A DNA stretch of 64,000 nt from Mobula hypostoma (GCF_963921235.1 NC_086097.1:52764001-52828000), one strand, 5' to 3'; numbered from the stretch's first letter, positions 38,587-52,797 are shown. Program-made: numbers and translations. The notes: generated by a model not told the origin, from the sequence alone.

Positions 38587-39500
38587 AGAAACCATAACCA
38601 TAGAAACCATAGAAACTACAGCACAGAAACAGGCCCTTTAGCCCTTCTTGGCTGTGCCAAACCATTTTCTGCCTAGTCCCACTGACCTGCACACGGACCA
38701 TATCCCTCCATACACCTCCCATCCATGTATCTATCCAATTTATTCTTAAATGTTAAAAAAGAACCCGCATTTACCACCTCGTCTGGCAGCTCATTCCATA
38801 CTCCCACCACTCTCTGTGTGAAGAAGCCCCCGCTAATGTTCCCTTTAAACTTTTCCCCCCTCACCCTTAACCCATGTCCTCTGGTTTTTTCTCCCCTTGC
38901 CTCAGTGGAAAAAGCCTGCTTGCATTCACTCTATCTATACCCATCATAATCTTATATACCTCTATCAAATCTCCCCTCATTCTTCTACGCTCCAGGGAAT
39001 AAAGTCCTAACCTATTCAACCTTTCTCTGTAACTGAGTTTCTCAAGTCCCGGCAACATCCTTGTAAACCTTCTCTGCACTCTTTCAACCTTATTTATATC
39101 CTTCCTGTAATTTGGTGACCAAAACTGAACACAATACTCCAGATTCGGCCTCACCAATGCCTTATACAACCTCATCATAACATTCCAGCTCTTATACTCA
39201 ATACTTTGATTAACAAAGGCCAATGTACCAAAAGCTCTCTTTACGACCCTATCTACCTGTGACAACACTTTTAGGGAATTTTGTATCTGTATTCCCAGAT
39301 CCCTCTGTTCCACTGCACTCCTCAGTGCCTTACCATTAACCCTGTATGTTCTACGTTGGTTTGTCCTTCCAACGTGCAATACCTCACACTTGTCAGTATT
39401 AAACTCCATCTGCCATTTTTCAGCCCATTTTTCCAGCTGGTCCAAGTCCCTCTGCAGGCTCTGAAAACCTTCCTCACTGTCTACTACACCTCCAATCTTG
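38587..39500 (-). mobile_element. young 5'-truncated CR1 LINE
   Basis: ORFs 38867-39445 and 38673-38864; (ctatggttt)-type tail. Confidence 0.92.
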
Positions 39501-39937
39501 TGTTAGTTCATCAAATAACTTAAGTCCTAATGACCTGAAATCTAGAATGAAAGTATTGGAAAGAAAAACCTCCATGAATAGAACAAGCTGGTGTAAAAGG
39601 ATCTAAAAATCACTGCTTGCATCTGTACTCTGCTTGGATGGATGACATTAGAATAAAATAATCTGAAAATGCATTTTGTTCAAGACACAAAGACATAAAA
39701 TCTGTTTCTTTTATCCCCATTGTTGCTGATTAGACACAATTGAACTAAATTTAGTTTTTCAGGTAAAATTTCAGCATTCTTAACTGATAACACACAAAAC
39801 ACATTTTACAGCTAAGGAGAACACTTATGTAGCTAAAGAACCAGCTTTTTTTTCCAATTTATTATAAAAATTAACAGGAATCAAGTCTTTGAATCACCTA
39901 ACCCAGTTAGGTTACTACGACAGAGGTTGCAACTCAC

Positions 39938-40104
39938 AGATCAATCCAGCATGTGGTATAATTCTTCGTATGTCTTAATTTGGTAAATTCTGCAAGTTCT
40001 TCTTTGGCTTTCTCAGTTACAGTGTCATCATCATCAGTAAACAGAATGAGTAATGGTTTCAGTGGTCGGTAGAAAGTAGGGAGATTTTCCACCGTGAGCT
40101 CAGG
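39938..40104 (-). CDS. txndc16: txndc16 internal coding exon, 167 bp (PELTVENLPTFYRPLKPLLILF...YTTCWIDL)
   Basis: tggtag acceptor, GTGAGT donor; strong similarity to PEITVENLPSYFRLQKPLLILF...CWLNL. Confidence 0.93.
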
Positions 40105-40619
40105 CTACCATTGAAAAACAATTTGTTAAATTATACGATTGCAAAGACTTGCAATCATTAATAACAGACAAAGTCTACCTATACAATTACTAATTTTCAG
40201 TTTTAAGCTGATTTCCCAGTGCCAATGATAAATGTGCTTTACACATTTAAACACATTTGCTAATATCAGAGCACAAATACAAAACCGAATGAAAGGTATA
40301 AATGTATTAAACTTTCAACGGATTCTGTTTCAATTCTCATTGCTCAATGTACGTAATATAACAATAGCAGTTAACTAGAAGAGGTAGATTTGTCAGTCCA
40401 TTTTGCTACTAGAGCCAAATTTTCATGGACTATTGGTTGACATATACTGACTGCCATTATCAAAGTGCGAACAAATTATTAACTATTAAATGACACTACA
40501 AATATTTATGTAAGTACATAATCAGAAACACAAATGACAAATTATAACGAGCAATAAAAATTGTTTGATATATTTTGAAATATTTTTAATTGAGTCTCTT
40601 TCTGACCAAGTAGATATAC

Positions 40620-40872
40620 AGGAAAAAGTCCCATGCAGTATTTCTGAAAAGGCAGATGTTCTGTTTGTCTCTTTGCAAAGATTGCTCAATCAGACACTAT
40701 CACCACAAATTTTTATCAGATAATTTACTCATTTGTTGATGTGGGACCTTATTGTATACTGCCTCGATTATGTCTTTACCTACATAACAATGACAGCACA
40801 ACTCAGCACTTGTAATACATTATGGGGTATCCTGAGGATGTGAAAAAGTATTACATAAATACAGTTTATTCT
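40620..40872 (+). mobile_element. 3' half of an ancient Deu-SINE-like relic
   Basis: gtgggaccttattgt...cctacataacaa...tcctgaggatgtgaaaaagtattacataaatacagt resembles the recalled Deu-SINE 3' tail. Confidence 0.4.
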
Positions 40873-41060
40873 TGCTGCAAAATTGGGAATTGACCAACTG
40901 AACCAAACCATTTTAAGGATAAAGCTAAATCATAATACAAGTCCTAAGTAAAAATCATAGCACTTAATGAAAATATAGAAGTGTGTTATATATGGTGCAC
41001 AGAGAAAACAACTGAATATAATCTGTTTAGATGTTAACATTTGGGAGTAAAAATACCTAC

Positions 41061-41199
41061 AAATCTTTCCAACATTGAACTTTTGATTGCAGATACAATC
41101 TCTTTAGCGTGAAATTTCTCAAGCTGAACTCCTTCTATGTGAGACTTCTCATGCTTCGCAAACACAAGAGCTGGTGGGACCACACCAAATCTCTGGGAG
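41061..41199 (-). CDS. txndc16: txndc16 internal coding exon, 139 bp (SQRFGVVPPALVFAKHEK...SSMLERF)
   Basis: tttcatcaag acceptor, GTAGGT donor; lies in ORF 41034..41228; resembles STKYAASLPALLLARH...DALLEMF. Confidence 0.88.
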
Positions 41200-41989
41200 C
41201 TTGATGAAAATCCAGCAATTAAAATCAAGAATGAAAATAAAGTACCGTTTATTGAACATAAGTAACTTCTATTTCTGAATTAAAATAAAACAGTGTTCCT
41301 CCCCCCCACCCCCCCCCACCCCCCCAGAGGATGTCATCAATGTGCCTTTCTTTATTCAATATATTGTACATATTTTTATACATCGTTTCATTTTTGAGAA
41401 TGTTTTAATCAAAATCATTCATACACAATTAACTGTAAAGCTAAAGAACAAAAACATATACATGACATTTTGAACAGAATTTAAAATCATTCTTTGTGAA
41501 ATATGCCATATTCTATAGGCAAATATTGGTCATAACTTCAAGACAGATAATACAGTAAAACTTTATAACCTTGCATGTTGTTCTTAAAATGCTGATTTTA
41601 CTAACTGCAGGCTGTATAAAAAAAACCTCTATTCGCAGCTTAATGAAAAATTGTAGCACATTTTGCCAAGGCAGTGACTGGCTGAGCCAGGGAGCAAATG
41701 CGACTCAGTTTACTACAGCAAGAGCTAGGAGCCAAATTGAATTCCATTGTGATGCAAAAAAAAACACAAAGCCATAAGCTCCACCCTTCATCTCTGCTGA
41801 AAGTTCACTGACCACATCCTGCCAGAGTTGCTTTCCCTTTCTCCACCAACTGTAAATACCAGCAGAGAAACAATTCCAAATATATTTTGATATTGTCCAA
41901 TTCACTGTTACTGCTTCTCAGGACCTTGCAGCACAGTAAAATTAAAACCAGAGATTATAGAGAACAACATACACAAAGTACTAAAATAA

Positions 41990-44900
41990 GACCATAAGGT
42001 CATAAGACATTGGAACAGAATAAGGCCACTTGGTCCAACAAGTCTGCTCCACCATTTCATCATGGCTGATTTATTATCCCTCTCAACCCCATTCTCCTGT
42101 CTTCTCCTCATAACCTTTGACACCCCGACTAACCAAGAACCTATCAACTTCTCCTCCAAATATACTCAATGACTTGGCCTCTACAGCCATCCATGGCAAT
42201 GAATTCCACAGATTCACCATCCTCTGGCTGAAGAAATTCCTTCTCACTTCTGTTCAAAATGGACATCCTTCTATTCCGAGGCTGTGCCTTCTCGTCCTAG
42301 ACTCGCCCACGGTAGGAAACATCCTCTCCACACCCATCCTAACTAGGTTTCAGTGAGGTTCCCCACTCATTCTTCTAAACTCCAGTGATTACAGGCCCAG
42401 GGCCATCAAAAGAAAACCCTCCGATGTTAACCCTTTAATTACCGGAATTATTCTTGCGAAGCTTCTCTGCACACAGTCTCCAATGGTGGCACATATTTTC
42501 TTAAATAAGGGGCCCAAAACCCCTCACCGTATTCTAAGTACGGTCTGACAATGTCTTATAATGCCTCAGCATCACATCCTTGCTCTTATGTTCTAGTCTT
42601 CTCAAAATGAAAGCTAAGACTGCATTTGCCTTCCACACCGCCAACCCAACCTGCAAGATAACATTTAAGTAACCCTGCATAAAGGCCTCTGAGTCCCTTT
42701 GCACCTCTGATTTTTTTTAATTTTCTCCCTCTATAGAAAATAATTTACACCTTTAATCCATCTACCAAAGTGCATGACCATACACTGCCCTACACTATAT
42801 TCCATCTGCCATTCCTTTGCCCATTCTCCCACTCTTTCTCAGTATTTCTGCAGACTCCCTAATTCCACCCATCCTTTATCATCTGCAAATTTGGCCATAA
42901 AGCTACAATTCCATCATCCAAATCACTGACATATAATATGAAAAGAAGTGGTCCCTACACCAATCCCTGCGGAACACCACTTGTCACTAGCAGCCAACCA
43001 AAATAGGCCCCTTTATTCCGACTCTTCACCTCCTGCCTATCAGTCAATCTTCTCTCCACGCTAGTAGCTTTCCCGTAATACCAAAGGCTCTCACCTTGTA
43101 AAGCAGCTTCAAGTGCAGCAGCTTGTCAAAGGCCTTCTTAAAATCTAAGCAAACAACATCCACTGACTCTCCTTTGTCTATCTTGGCTGTTATTTCTTCA
43201 AAGAATTCCAACAGTTTTATATGATTTGGCAAGATTTCCACTTAAGGAAACCATACTGATTTTGACCTATTTTATCATGCACCTCCAAGTACCCGGAAAC
43301 CTGATCCTTAATAATGAACTCCAACATCTTCCCAACCTCTGAAGTCAGGCTAACTGATCTATAATTTCCTTTCATCTGCCTTCTTAAAGAGTGGTGTGAC
43401 ATTTGCGATTTTCCAGTCCTCCAAAACCATTCCAGAAGCCAGTGATTCTTGAAAGATCATTACTAATGCCTCCACAGTCTCTTCAGCTATCTCTTTTAGA
43501 AGTCTAGGATGTAGCCCATCTGATCCAAGTGACTTTTCTACCTTCAGACTTTTCAGCTTTCCAAGTACCTTCTCCTCTGCAATAGCAATTAAGCTGACCC
43601 CTGACCCAACACTCTCAAATTTCTGGCATACTGTGTCTTCCACAGTGAAGACTGATGAAGTTCATTCACCATCTGTTTGTCCCCCATTACTACCTCTCCA
43701 GCGTCATTTTCCAGTGGTCCAATATCCACTCCCGTCTCTCCTTTACATTTTATATATCTGAAAGAACTTTTGATATCGTCGTTTGTATTATTGGCTAGCT
43801 TACCTTCATATTTCATCTTTTCTCTCTTTATTTCCTTTTAGTTCCCTTCTGTTGGTTTTTAAAGGATTCCCAATTTGGTAATTTTCCACTTTTTTTTGCT
43901 ATATTATATGCCCTTTCATTTCCTTTTATGCTGTCTCTGACTTCCCTAGTTAGACACAGTTGCCTCATTCTCCCTTTAGAATGCTTTTTCATCTTCGGGA
44001 TGTTTCTATCCTGTGCATTCCAAATTGCCCCCAGAAACTCCAGCCATTGCTGCTCTGCCATCATATCTGCTAGTGTTCCCTTCCAATCAACTTTGGCCAG
44101 CTCCTCTCTCATGCTTATGTAACTCACTTTACTCCACTGTAACACTGATACTTCGGACTTTAGCTTCTCCCTCTCAAACAGGGTGAATTCTATCATAATA
44201 CGATCACTGCCTCCTAAGGGTTCCTTTATCTTAAGCTCCCTAATCAAATCTGGTACATTACTCAACACCCAATCCCGAACTGCCTTTCCCATAGTGGGTT
44301 CAATCACAAGGTGCTCTAAAAGGCCATTTCAGAGGCATTCTGCAAATTCCTTCTCCTGGGATCCAGCACCAACCTGATTTTCCCAACCTACCTGCATATT
44401 GAAATCCTCCATGACTATTGTAGCATTGCAATTTTTATATCCCTTTTCTACCTCCCATTGCAATTTGTGTTTCACATCCTGGCTGTTGTATCTGCAGTTT
44501 CTTAACTCTACCACAAGGATTCTATATCTTCCGAACCTATGTTACCTCATTTATGCATCACCAGAGCCAACCATCCCTCCACCGCCTACTTTCCTATCCT
44601 TTCAATACTATCTGTATCCTCGGAGGTTATGCTCCCCAATTATGATTTTATGTCAGCCATGATTCAGTGATGCCCACATCATGCCTGCCAATATTGCCTA
44701 CATTGTTCCATATACTGCAAGCATTCAAATAAAAACACTGTCAGTGCTGTATTCATCAGCTTTTGCTGGTCCTTTCTCATAGTCTCACTACACAGTACAT
44801 ATACCAACTGACCCATCCTCATCCCCATCACTCCGGTTCCCTTCCCCTGCCAAATTCATTTAAGCAATCCCCAACAGCTCTTGCAAACTTGCCAGTGAAG

Positions 44901-45160
44901 ATATTGGTTGCCCTTCGGTTCAGGTGTAACCCGTCCTTTTTGCACAGGTCATACCTTCCCCAGAAGACATCCTAATGATCCATAAATATGAAACCCTGTC
45001 CCTTGCGCTGATTCCTCAGCCACGCATTCATCTGCCAACTCATCCTATTCTTACCCTCATCGGTGCGTGTCACAGGCAGCTATCCAAAAATTACTAGCCT
45101 GGAGGTCCTGCTTTTCATCTTTCTACTGAACTCCTTATATTCTCTCTTCAGGACCTCCTG
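41990..45160 (-). mobile_element. degenerate CR1 LINE (end of ORF1, APE, RT)
   Basis: ORFs 43044-44514 (LLEFFEEIT, DWKIANVTPLFKK, WVLSNVPDLIRELKIKEPLG); (tcttatg) tail. Confidence 0.9.
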
Positions 45161-45414
45161 AAGCCAGAATATAGGGAGTTAGGTAGAAAGTGGCAAAGTA
45201 GGACCTCCAGGGTAGTAATGTCTATTTCTCACACATATTCATGTGTCTTAGGCACTTTGACACACATTACAAAAAAATTGTGTTGGATATAGCGCTTGTG
45301 TACAATATAATACAAGGGAGGTCCTACCATGCAACATTTGAAATAGCAACAAACTATTACAGCATTTTGAATATGATTTATTGCACAACTTGAAAGTAAG
45401 TTAAAGTCTCAGGC

Positions 45415-46155
45415 CCTAAGATATAGGAGCAGAATTCGGCCATTCGGCCCATCGAGTCTGCTCTACTATTTCATCAAGGCTCATCCATTCCCCTCTCAGC
45501 CCATTCTCCAGCCTTCTCTCCATAACCTTTGATACCATGACCAGAACCTTCTCTCCATAACCTTTGATACCATGACTAATCAAGAACCTATATTTAAGAA
45601 CTCCACTTTAAATACTTTTAATGACTTGGCTCCAGAGCTGTCCATGGCAATGAATTCCACAGACTCACCACCCTCTGGCTAAATAAATTCTTCCTCATCT
45701 CAGCACTAAATGGATGGCCCTCTATCCTGACGCTGTGCCCTCTGATCCTAGACCCACCCACAATAGGAAACATCCTCTCCACATCCACTGCATCTCAGCA
45801 CTAAATGGATGTCCCTCTATCCTGACACTGTGCCCTCTGATCCTAGACGCACCCACAATAAGAAACATCCTCTCTACATCCACTCTATTCCAGCACTAAA
45901 TGGATGTCCCTCTATCCTGACACCATGCCTTCTGATCCCAGACTTACCCACTATAGGAAACATCCTCTCCATATCCACTCTATCTCAGCCTGTCAATATT
46001 CAATAGGTTTCAATGAGATCGCCTCTTATTCTTCTAAACTCCAATGAGCCCACAGCCATCAAATGTTCCTCATACGTTAACTGCTTCTTTCCAGAATCAT
46101 TCTTATTAATCCCCTCTGGACCTTCTCCAGTGTAAGCACATCCTATCTTAAATAT
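45415..46155 (-). mobile_element. CR1 3' fragment with internal tandem amplifications
   Basis: Homologous to 41990-42500; 95-bp unit x3 and 35-bp unit x2. Confidence 0.85.
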
Positions 46156-46248
46156 AGATCGCTAATCAAAGTTACAATATATCTCAAAATTCTAAGTATA
46201 ACCATAATCGTCATTTATCTGAAAAAAGAATGTTACAAAATGACTTAC

Positions 46249-46333
46249 AGATATGGATAGTCATTCCCTATATAACATCCAGTGGCCACAATGCCCCGCA
46301 GGGAATTAGCTGCCTTAATAAAATCAACATGCT
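46249..46333 (-). CDS. txndc16: txndc16 internal coding exon, 85 bp (EHVDFIKAANSLRGIVATGCYIGNDYPYL)
   Basis: tttttcag acceptor, GTAAGT donor; resembles KEDFSEAGNYLKGYVITGIY; phases fit both neighbours. Confidence 0.9.
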
Positions 46334-46460
46334 CTGAAAAAGATAAAGTCAGAGAATTTATGACAATAGGCCTACGAAGCCATCAAAATATTATTAAAAG
46401 ATAGTGCACAGAATTGCAATTAGATCTCAGGATATTGCTGATATAACTGTACACATATTA

Positions 46461-46975
46461 TAATAGGAAAGATGTCAACAAAATTGAGAGCGTACAGAGG
46501 AGGTTTACTAGAACGTTGCCTGGGTTTGATCTCCTAAGTTACAGAGAAAGGTTGAACAAGTTGGGTCTTTATTCTTTGGAGCGTAGAAGGTTGAGGGGGG
46601 ACTTGACAGAGATATTTAAAATTATGAGGGGGATAGATAGAGTTGATGTGGATAGGCTTTTTCCATTGAGAGTGGGGGAGTTTCAAACAAGAGGACATGA
46701 GTTGAGAGTTAAGGGGCAAAAGTTTAGGGGTAACATGAGGGGGAACTTCTTTACTCAGAAAGTGGTAGCTGTGTGGAATGAGCTTCCAGCAGAAGTGGCT
46801 GAGGCAGGTTTGATGTTGTCATTTAAAGTTAAATTGGATAGCTATATGGACAGGAAAGGAATGGAGGGTTATGGGCTGAGTGCAGGTCGGTGGGACTAGG
46901 TGAGAGTAAGAGTTCGGCACGGACTAGAGGGGCCGAGATGGCCTGTTTCCGAGCTGTAATTGTTATATGGTTATA
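46461..46975 (+). mobile_element. 5'-truncated CR1, same subfamily as 2546-5726
   Basis: ORF 46516-46899 nearly identical to the C-terminus of ORF 4688-5644. Confidence 0.95.
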
Positions 46976-47577
46976 TTCATCCATGTAGATTCTGTATAAA
47001 CACAAGTAAACCACTCTTTAAGGTTTCGTACTGCCAATTTTTTTTTCTCTTACTGTAATTTGAGTTTGGCAGTTAAACAATTTTAACGAACTAGCAAAGA
47101 CTCCAGATTTAGTAATTGTGATGTAGCAATTATGCTGAGACTAGCAACCCAGGGACTGTGAAATTAGATGCAAACAGAATGTTCCTCTGTTGATTTCTGT
47201 CCAATGATGGAAAGCTGCCTCCTCAGTTTGATCAGCAGTCCATGGGTCTCTTGATCAAGATTAAATGTTGGCTGTCAATACTGTCGGAATTCCCACCAGT
47301 AACTAGAGACAAGAAATTACTGTGACTTTCCCAGATTCGTCCATGCCTAGAGTACTACAGTGTACTTCAATCATTTCATTTGTCAGTCACCATTGGCAGA
47401 ACGGCCTAACGCATCACATTCAGTGATCAGTGACAGAAGTTAGAAGAATCAGCCAAAGATGAAGAACCTGAGAAGAATATTCAATAAGCAAAGCAACAGA
47501 GCGGTTACCTGGTGGTCCTGCTATTAAAAAGGAAAGGACATGTTCAAATAGAAAGAAAAAAAACTGCACATTAATCA

Positions 47578-48148
47578 TGTACGATAGTGAAACACTCCGG
47601 TTCTGTTGACCATGTTAGTCTAGGGAAGACAATCTCCGGACCAGCCAAACGTGTAAAATTGAGGCACGTGCCCACCCCAAAACCCACTATTTGTGTGGAT
47701 GCTGTGTCATTCGTTACCTTGTTACAAATGAGTGCTACAAAATAACAGACAGTACACAATTAAAAGATTTCGCTTTATAGTTCTTAATTTGACTAAAGGG
47801 TTAGTAAAGAAAGAACAAAAAAAGGGCCCATTTTAATGCAACAGTCTAATGGAGCTCACAGTTTCCCTGTCGCCGATCCTCCTTCGATCTCACCCTGGGC
47901 TTCGTCGAATCACAGCCCCACTCCTACAACCTCTTCCCTCCAGCATCTTCTCTCTTCATCCCCTTAACGAAAGCCCCAAGCCCAACCTTTGTGTCCCTCA
48001 CCAGAGAAACCTCCCCTTAATCCGATGGCACACAATTCTCCTATCTCTCATCCTCAACAGTAACCCAAACAAGCAGCTTGCAGAGAACAGCAAAAAAATC
48101 AAATACAGAACAAAATAACATTAAAAAAATATGGACCAGGGCATTACA
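47578..48148 (-). mobile_element. putative solo LTR
   Basis: TGTAATGCCC...ATCGTACA termini on the minus strand, 571 bp, non-coding; no clean TSD. Confidence 0.45.
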
Positions 48149-48249
48149 ATAGTAAGGTAGGATACAGTTTCAGTGTTTGGACTAGGGGTATAAATGATCA
48201 ATCTTGTGAAACAAGTTCAAAGCAAATTTCATCAGCTGAGGCATTTAAA

Positions 48250-49845
48250 TCAGGTTTATTATCACCAGCATGTGACATGAAATTTGTTAAGCAGTTCAGT
48301 GCAATAGATAATATAGGAGAGAAAAAAAACTAATAATAAATAAATAAATAAATTACAGTATATGTATATTGAATAGATTTTAAAAACATGCAAAAAACAG
48401 AAATACTGTATATTAAAAAAGGTGAGGTAGTGTCCAAGGGTTAAATGTCCATTTAGGAATCGGATGGCAGAGGGGAAGAGGGGAAGAAGCTGTTCCTGAA
48501 TCACTGAGTGTGTGCCTACAGGCTTCTGTACCTCCTACCTGATGGTAACAGTGAGAAAAGGGCATACCCTGGGTGCTGGAAGTCCTTAATAATGGACACT
48601 GACTTTCTGAGACACTGCTCCCTAAAGATGTTCTGTGTACTTTGTAGGCTAGTGCCCAAGATGGAGCTGACTAGATTTACAATCCTCTGCAGCTCCTTTC
48701 AGTCCTGTGCAGTAGCCCCCCCCCCCATACCAGACAGTGATGCAGCCTGTCAGAATGCTTTCCACGGTACAACTATAGAAGTTTTTGAGTGTATCTGTTG
48801 ACTTGCCAAATCTCTTCAAACTCCCAATGAAGTGCTGTCTTGCTTTCTTTATAACTACATCGATATGTTGGGACCAGGTTAGATCCTCAGAGATCTTGAC
48901 ACCCAAGAACTTGAAACTGCTCACTCTCTCCACTTCTGATCCCTCTATGAGGATTGGTATGTGTTCCTTCACCTTACCCTTCCTGAAGTCCACAATCAGC
49001 TCTTTCGTCTTACTGACATTGAGTGCCAGGTTGTTGCTGTGGCACCACTCCACTAGTTGGGATATCTCACTCCTGTACGCCCTCTCGTCACCACCTGAGA
49101 TTCTACGAATAATGGTTGTATCATCAGCAAATTTATAGATGATGTTTCAGCTATGCCTAGCCACAAAGTCATGGGTATATAGAGAGAAGAGCAGTGGGCT
49201 AAGCACACACCCCTGAGGTGCACCAGTGTTGATCGTCAGCGAGGAGGATATGTTATCACCAATCTGCACAGATTGTGGTCTTCCGGTTAGGAAGTTGAGG
49301 ATCCAATTGCAGAGGGATGTACAGAGGCCCAGGTTCTGCAACTTTCTCAATCAGGATTGTGGGAATGATGGTATTAAATGCTGAGCTATAGTCGATGAAC
49401 AGCATCCTGACATAGGTGTTTGTGTTGCCCAGGTGGTCTAAAGCCATGTAGAGAGTCATTGAGATTGTGTCTGCTGTTGACCTACTGTGACAATACACAA
49501 ATTGCAATAGGTCCAGGTCCTTGCTGAGGCAGGAGTTCAGTCTAGTCATAACCAACCTCTCAAAGCATCTCATCACTGTCGCTGTGAATGCTACCGGGCG
49601 ATAGTCATTAAGGCAGTTCACATTATTCTTCATAGGCACTGGTATAATTGTTGCCTTTTTGAAGCGTGGGAACTTCTGCCTGTAGCAGTGAGAGGTTGAA
49701 AATGTCTTTGAATACTCCTGCCAGTTGGTTGGCACAGGCTTTCAGAGCCTTACCAGGTACTCCATCGGGACCTTACGCCTTGGGAGGGTTCATTTTCTTC
49801 AAAGACAGCCTAACATCAGCCTCTGACACAGAGATCACAGGGTCA
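48250..49845 (-). mobile_element. 5'-truncated Rex1/Babar LINE
   Basis: [20 protein letters not shown]; close relative of 36185-38500. Confidence 0.9.
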
Positions 49846-50394
49846 TTAAAATTCAACTCATTAAAACTGTTATATAAATCTAATAAAATTAATAAGGGGT
49901 ATGAATTTACAAATTGGCATAAAATCCATCATGTTTACCAACACTCATTATGGAAGCAAAGTTACCATCTTTAACTTGGCCAATGCAAACCCTTGCCTAC
50001 ACTTGCATAGACTCTAAGCTGTGCTCAGAAGAAACTTAGTTCAGAGATATTTCAAGGGAAACAACAAATTCTGGCCAATCACCAAGGTCTAAAAACTGTG
50101 AATAAATAAACTTTTAAAAGAAACACAAGGTAATTTTGACAAAGACAAGCATTTCAAATTTAATAAGAAATAGTGAGCCAAATAAATGTTAGCAGAGATG
50201 GATGAAAAATGAGAATGGGATTTTGGTATGGAACAGATCTCAGGCAGTAGAGGTTTTGGACAAGCAGAAGTTCATTTATTGTGGAGTTTTGCATAGAATT
50301 AGAAAAATAAAAGCTAGAGACTACAAGGGTATAATTAAGTGTTTCAGTAATAATGGATCATTCATAAATCTGACAGCAGAGGAGAAGAAATTGA

Positions 50395-51540
50395 TCCTGA
50401 GTTGTTGAGTTTATATCTTCAGGCTCCTGAACCTCGTCTCTGATGGTAGTAATGAGAAAAGGACATGTCCCAGAGGAGGGTCCTTAATGACAGATGCTGC
50501 CTCTTTAAGCTGTCCTTGATGGTAGGGAGAGCTGTATCCTTGAAATATCTGCAGCCACTTGTGATCCTGTGCATTTGAAGCTCCATGTCAGGCTGTAACA
50601 CAACCAGTCAGAATGCCCTCCATCGGAGAGGGAGGAGGTGTTAGCAGCGCACCACGCACGCGCAGCTCTCCGGTGAAAATGATATCATATCCATTAAATA
50701 GGGGCCGTGGACAATTCTGATTTGACGGAGGCAGACGTGAAAGCACAGAGGAACATCTGGAGAAATTTCTGAAACGCCAGTTTGCTGCCATTGTTACTGC
50801 GCAATTGAGAATGTTCTGGAGGGAAGGCCTCAAAATCCCTGGCTTTGCCTGCTGCTGGCGACCAAGAATGAGGTTGAATCGTTCGGACAGAGATGGTACT
50901 CGGTGTCAGAGGGTTGATCGGAGGCTCGAAGTTTTCGGACGACTCAGAGTTGGACTGTGGCCGGGCATGGCAGGGAGAGTTTTCTTCCTTCTCCTGTCTG
51001 TGTGAGATGTGGGACTTTGAGAAACTTTGAACTCTTTTACTGTGCCATGGCCTGTTCTTCATCAAGTTATGGCATTGTTGCACTGTTGTAACTATATGTT
51101 ATAATTATGTGGTTTTGTTAGTTTTTCCAGTCTTGGTCTGTCCTGTGTTTTGTGATATCACACCAGAGGAATATTGTATCATTCCTTAACGCATGCATTA
51201 CTAAATGACAATAAAAGAGGACTGCGTGTCCTCATAATCTAATCTAATCTAATCATAGGCGTATAGAAATTTGCCAGAGTCTTTGGTGACGTAACAAATC
51301 TCCTCAGATTTCGAGCCACTGGCATGCTTTCTTCATGATGGCAACAATGTGTTCAGCCCAGAACCGACCTGTTGAGATGTTGACACCCTGGAATTTACAA
51401 CTGTTCGGCCTTTCCACCACTGGTCCCTCAATGAAGATTGGTCTGTGTTCTCCTAACTTCACCTCCATGAAGTGTACAATCAGTTTCTTGGTCTTGCTGA
51501 TGTTTATGTGAGATTGTTGTTGCAACGCCATGCAACCAGA
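50395..51540 (-). mobile_element. degenerate Rex1/Babar 3' fragment split by an insert at about 50623-51255
   Basis: MEGILTGCVTA on one side and NISKTKKLIVHF..VERPNSCKFQGVNIS on the other. Confidence 0.7.
50623..51255 (+). mobile_element. non-coding non-autonomous retroelement with (AATCT)n tail, copy 1
   Basis: GC/CpG-rich head; shares blocks and 3' end with 59085-59752. Confidence 0.7.
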
Positions 51541-51559
51541 GAAATTGTACCTGCTGTAG

Positions 51560-52090
51560 CCCTGTTGTACTCTCGGTGTTCTTGTGCATGAGTTACAATA
51601 AGTTAGCATACAGATGCAGCAAATGGTTGGGCAGGCAAATAGCATATTGCCCTTTATAACCAAATGACAGGTATTTAGAAATATGGAAGAATTTTTATGA
51701 TTGCACGGGAACCACGTGAGGTGTAGTTTTGATTTCCCTGTTAAGGAAACTATGTACTGGCATTGGAAGCAGTACAAGAGAGATTCATGAGTTGAATTCC
51801 TGTTATGAGAGGGTTGTCATATCAAAAGTGGCTGAAGAAGTTAGAACTATATTCTTTGTAGTATAGGAAAATGAGGAGTGGTCTTATTGAAAAGTACAAA
51901 ATTATGAGGATCATGACATCATAAGTGTTGAGATGTTTCCACTAGTAGGAGAATCACAAACAAGAGAACGTTGTTACATGAAAAGAGGACAGTCATATAA
52001 AACTAACTTGCTTAGGACTTTCTTCTTCAGGAGGATGAATAATAACAAGAATGTTCTATCCTGAAGGGTTGTCGTGGCTAGATCTTTGTG
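51560..52090 (+). mobile_element. old degenerate CR1 3' fragment
   Basis: gagattcatgagttgaattcctg...tttccactagtaggagaatcacaaacaagag. Confidence 0.55.
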
Positions 52091-52797
52091 GATAAAAACA
52101 GAAAATTCTGGAAACATTCAGTTGGTCAAGCAATAACTGTGGAGAAAGAAAGGCAAGTCTTGAAAAGAGCTCATGGGTTTTAAAGAGTCTTCAGAAAGTT
52201 ATGGAATGAATAGTTCACCACTAAAGAAGATACAGGAGTTTAAAGCACAGTAAAAAAATATGCAGGTTGTAAATTAGGCAATGAGGAGGAAAGTATGAGA
52301 ATCCGTTCTGAAAGCTCACAAGGATAACAAAAAGTAGTAGTGGATGTGAAATCGAAAAAGAATGGGAAATACTGCCATGATAGAGAGAGTCATCATTTCA
52401 AAACAGGCGTGGATTTTGACACTTTGCTGAGAATCAAACAGTACACAAAGATTACATACTATTGGGTTCAAAAAGCTAAGAAAGGGGTGGGATTTCTATT
52501 TGGTAATACAACATCACTGAACAATATCAGTGAAAATTAGCTGGCAACACGGTATCTGTAATATAACTTGAGTGGATGATCTGAGGTAAAGTTGAGGTCA
52601 TTGAAATACATATTGAATATACTGCTAAACCTGAGATTTATCTAGGATTTAGGCCATGCCATTTATGAAAGTTGTCTTTTGATTCTGATTTCTATTAGCT
52701 TGCCTTTAGGAAACAAAGCAAAGCTCACTTCCTGTGTTATGCTTGAATATGATAGTGATTATCTACTCAGTGAGTTCACTTGACGATTTATGTTTAC

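Noticed and set aside
41690..41765. tRNA gene
   Set aside because: Only a decayed tRNA-like SINE head; no cloverleaf could be formed
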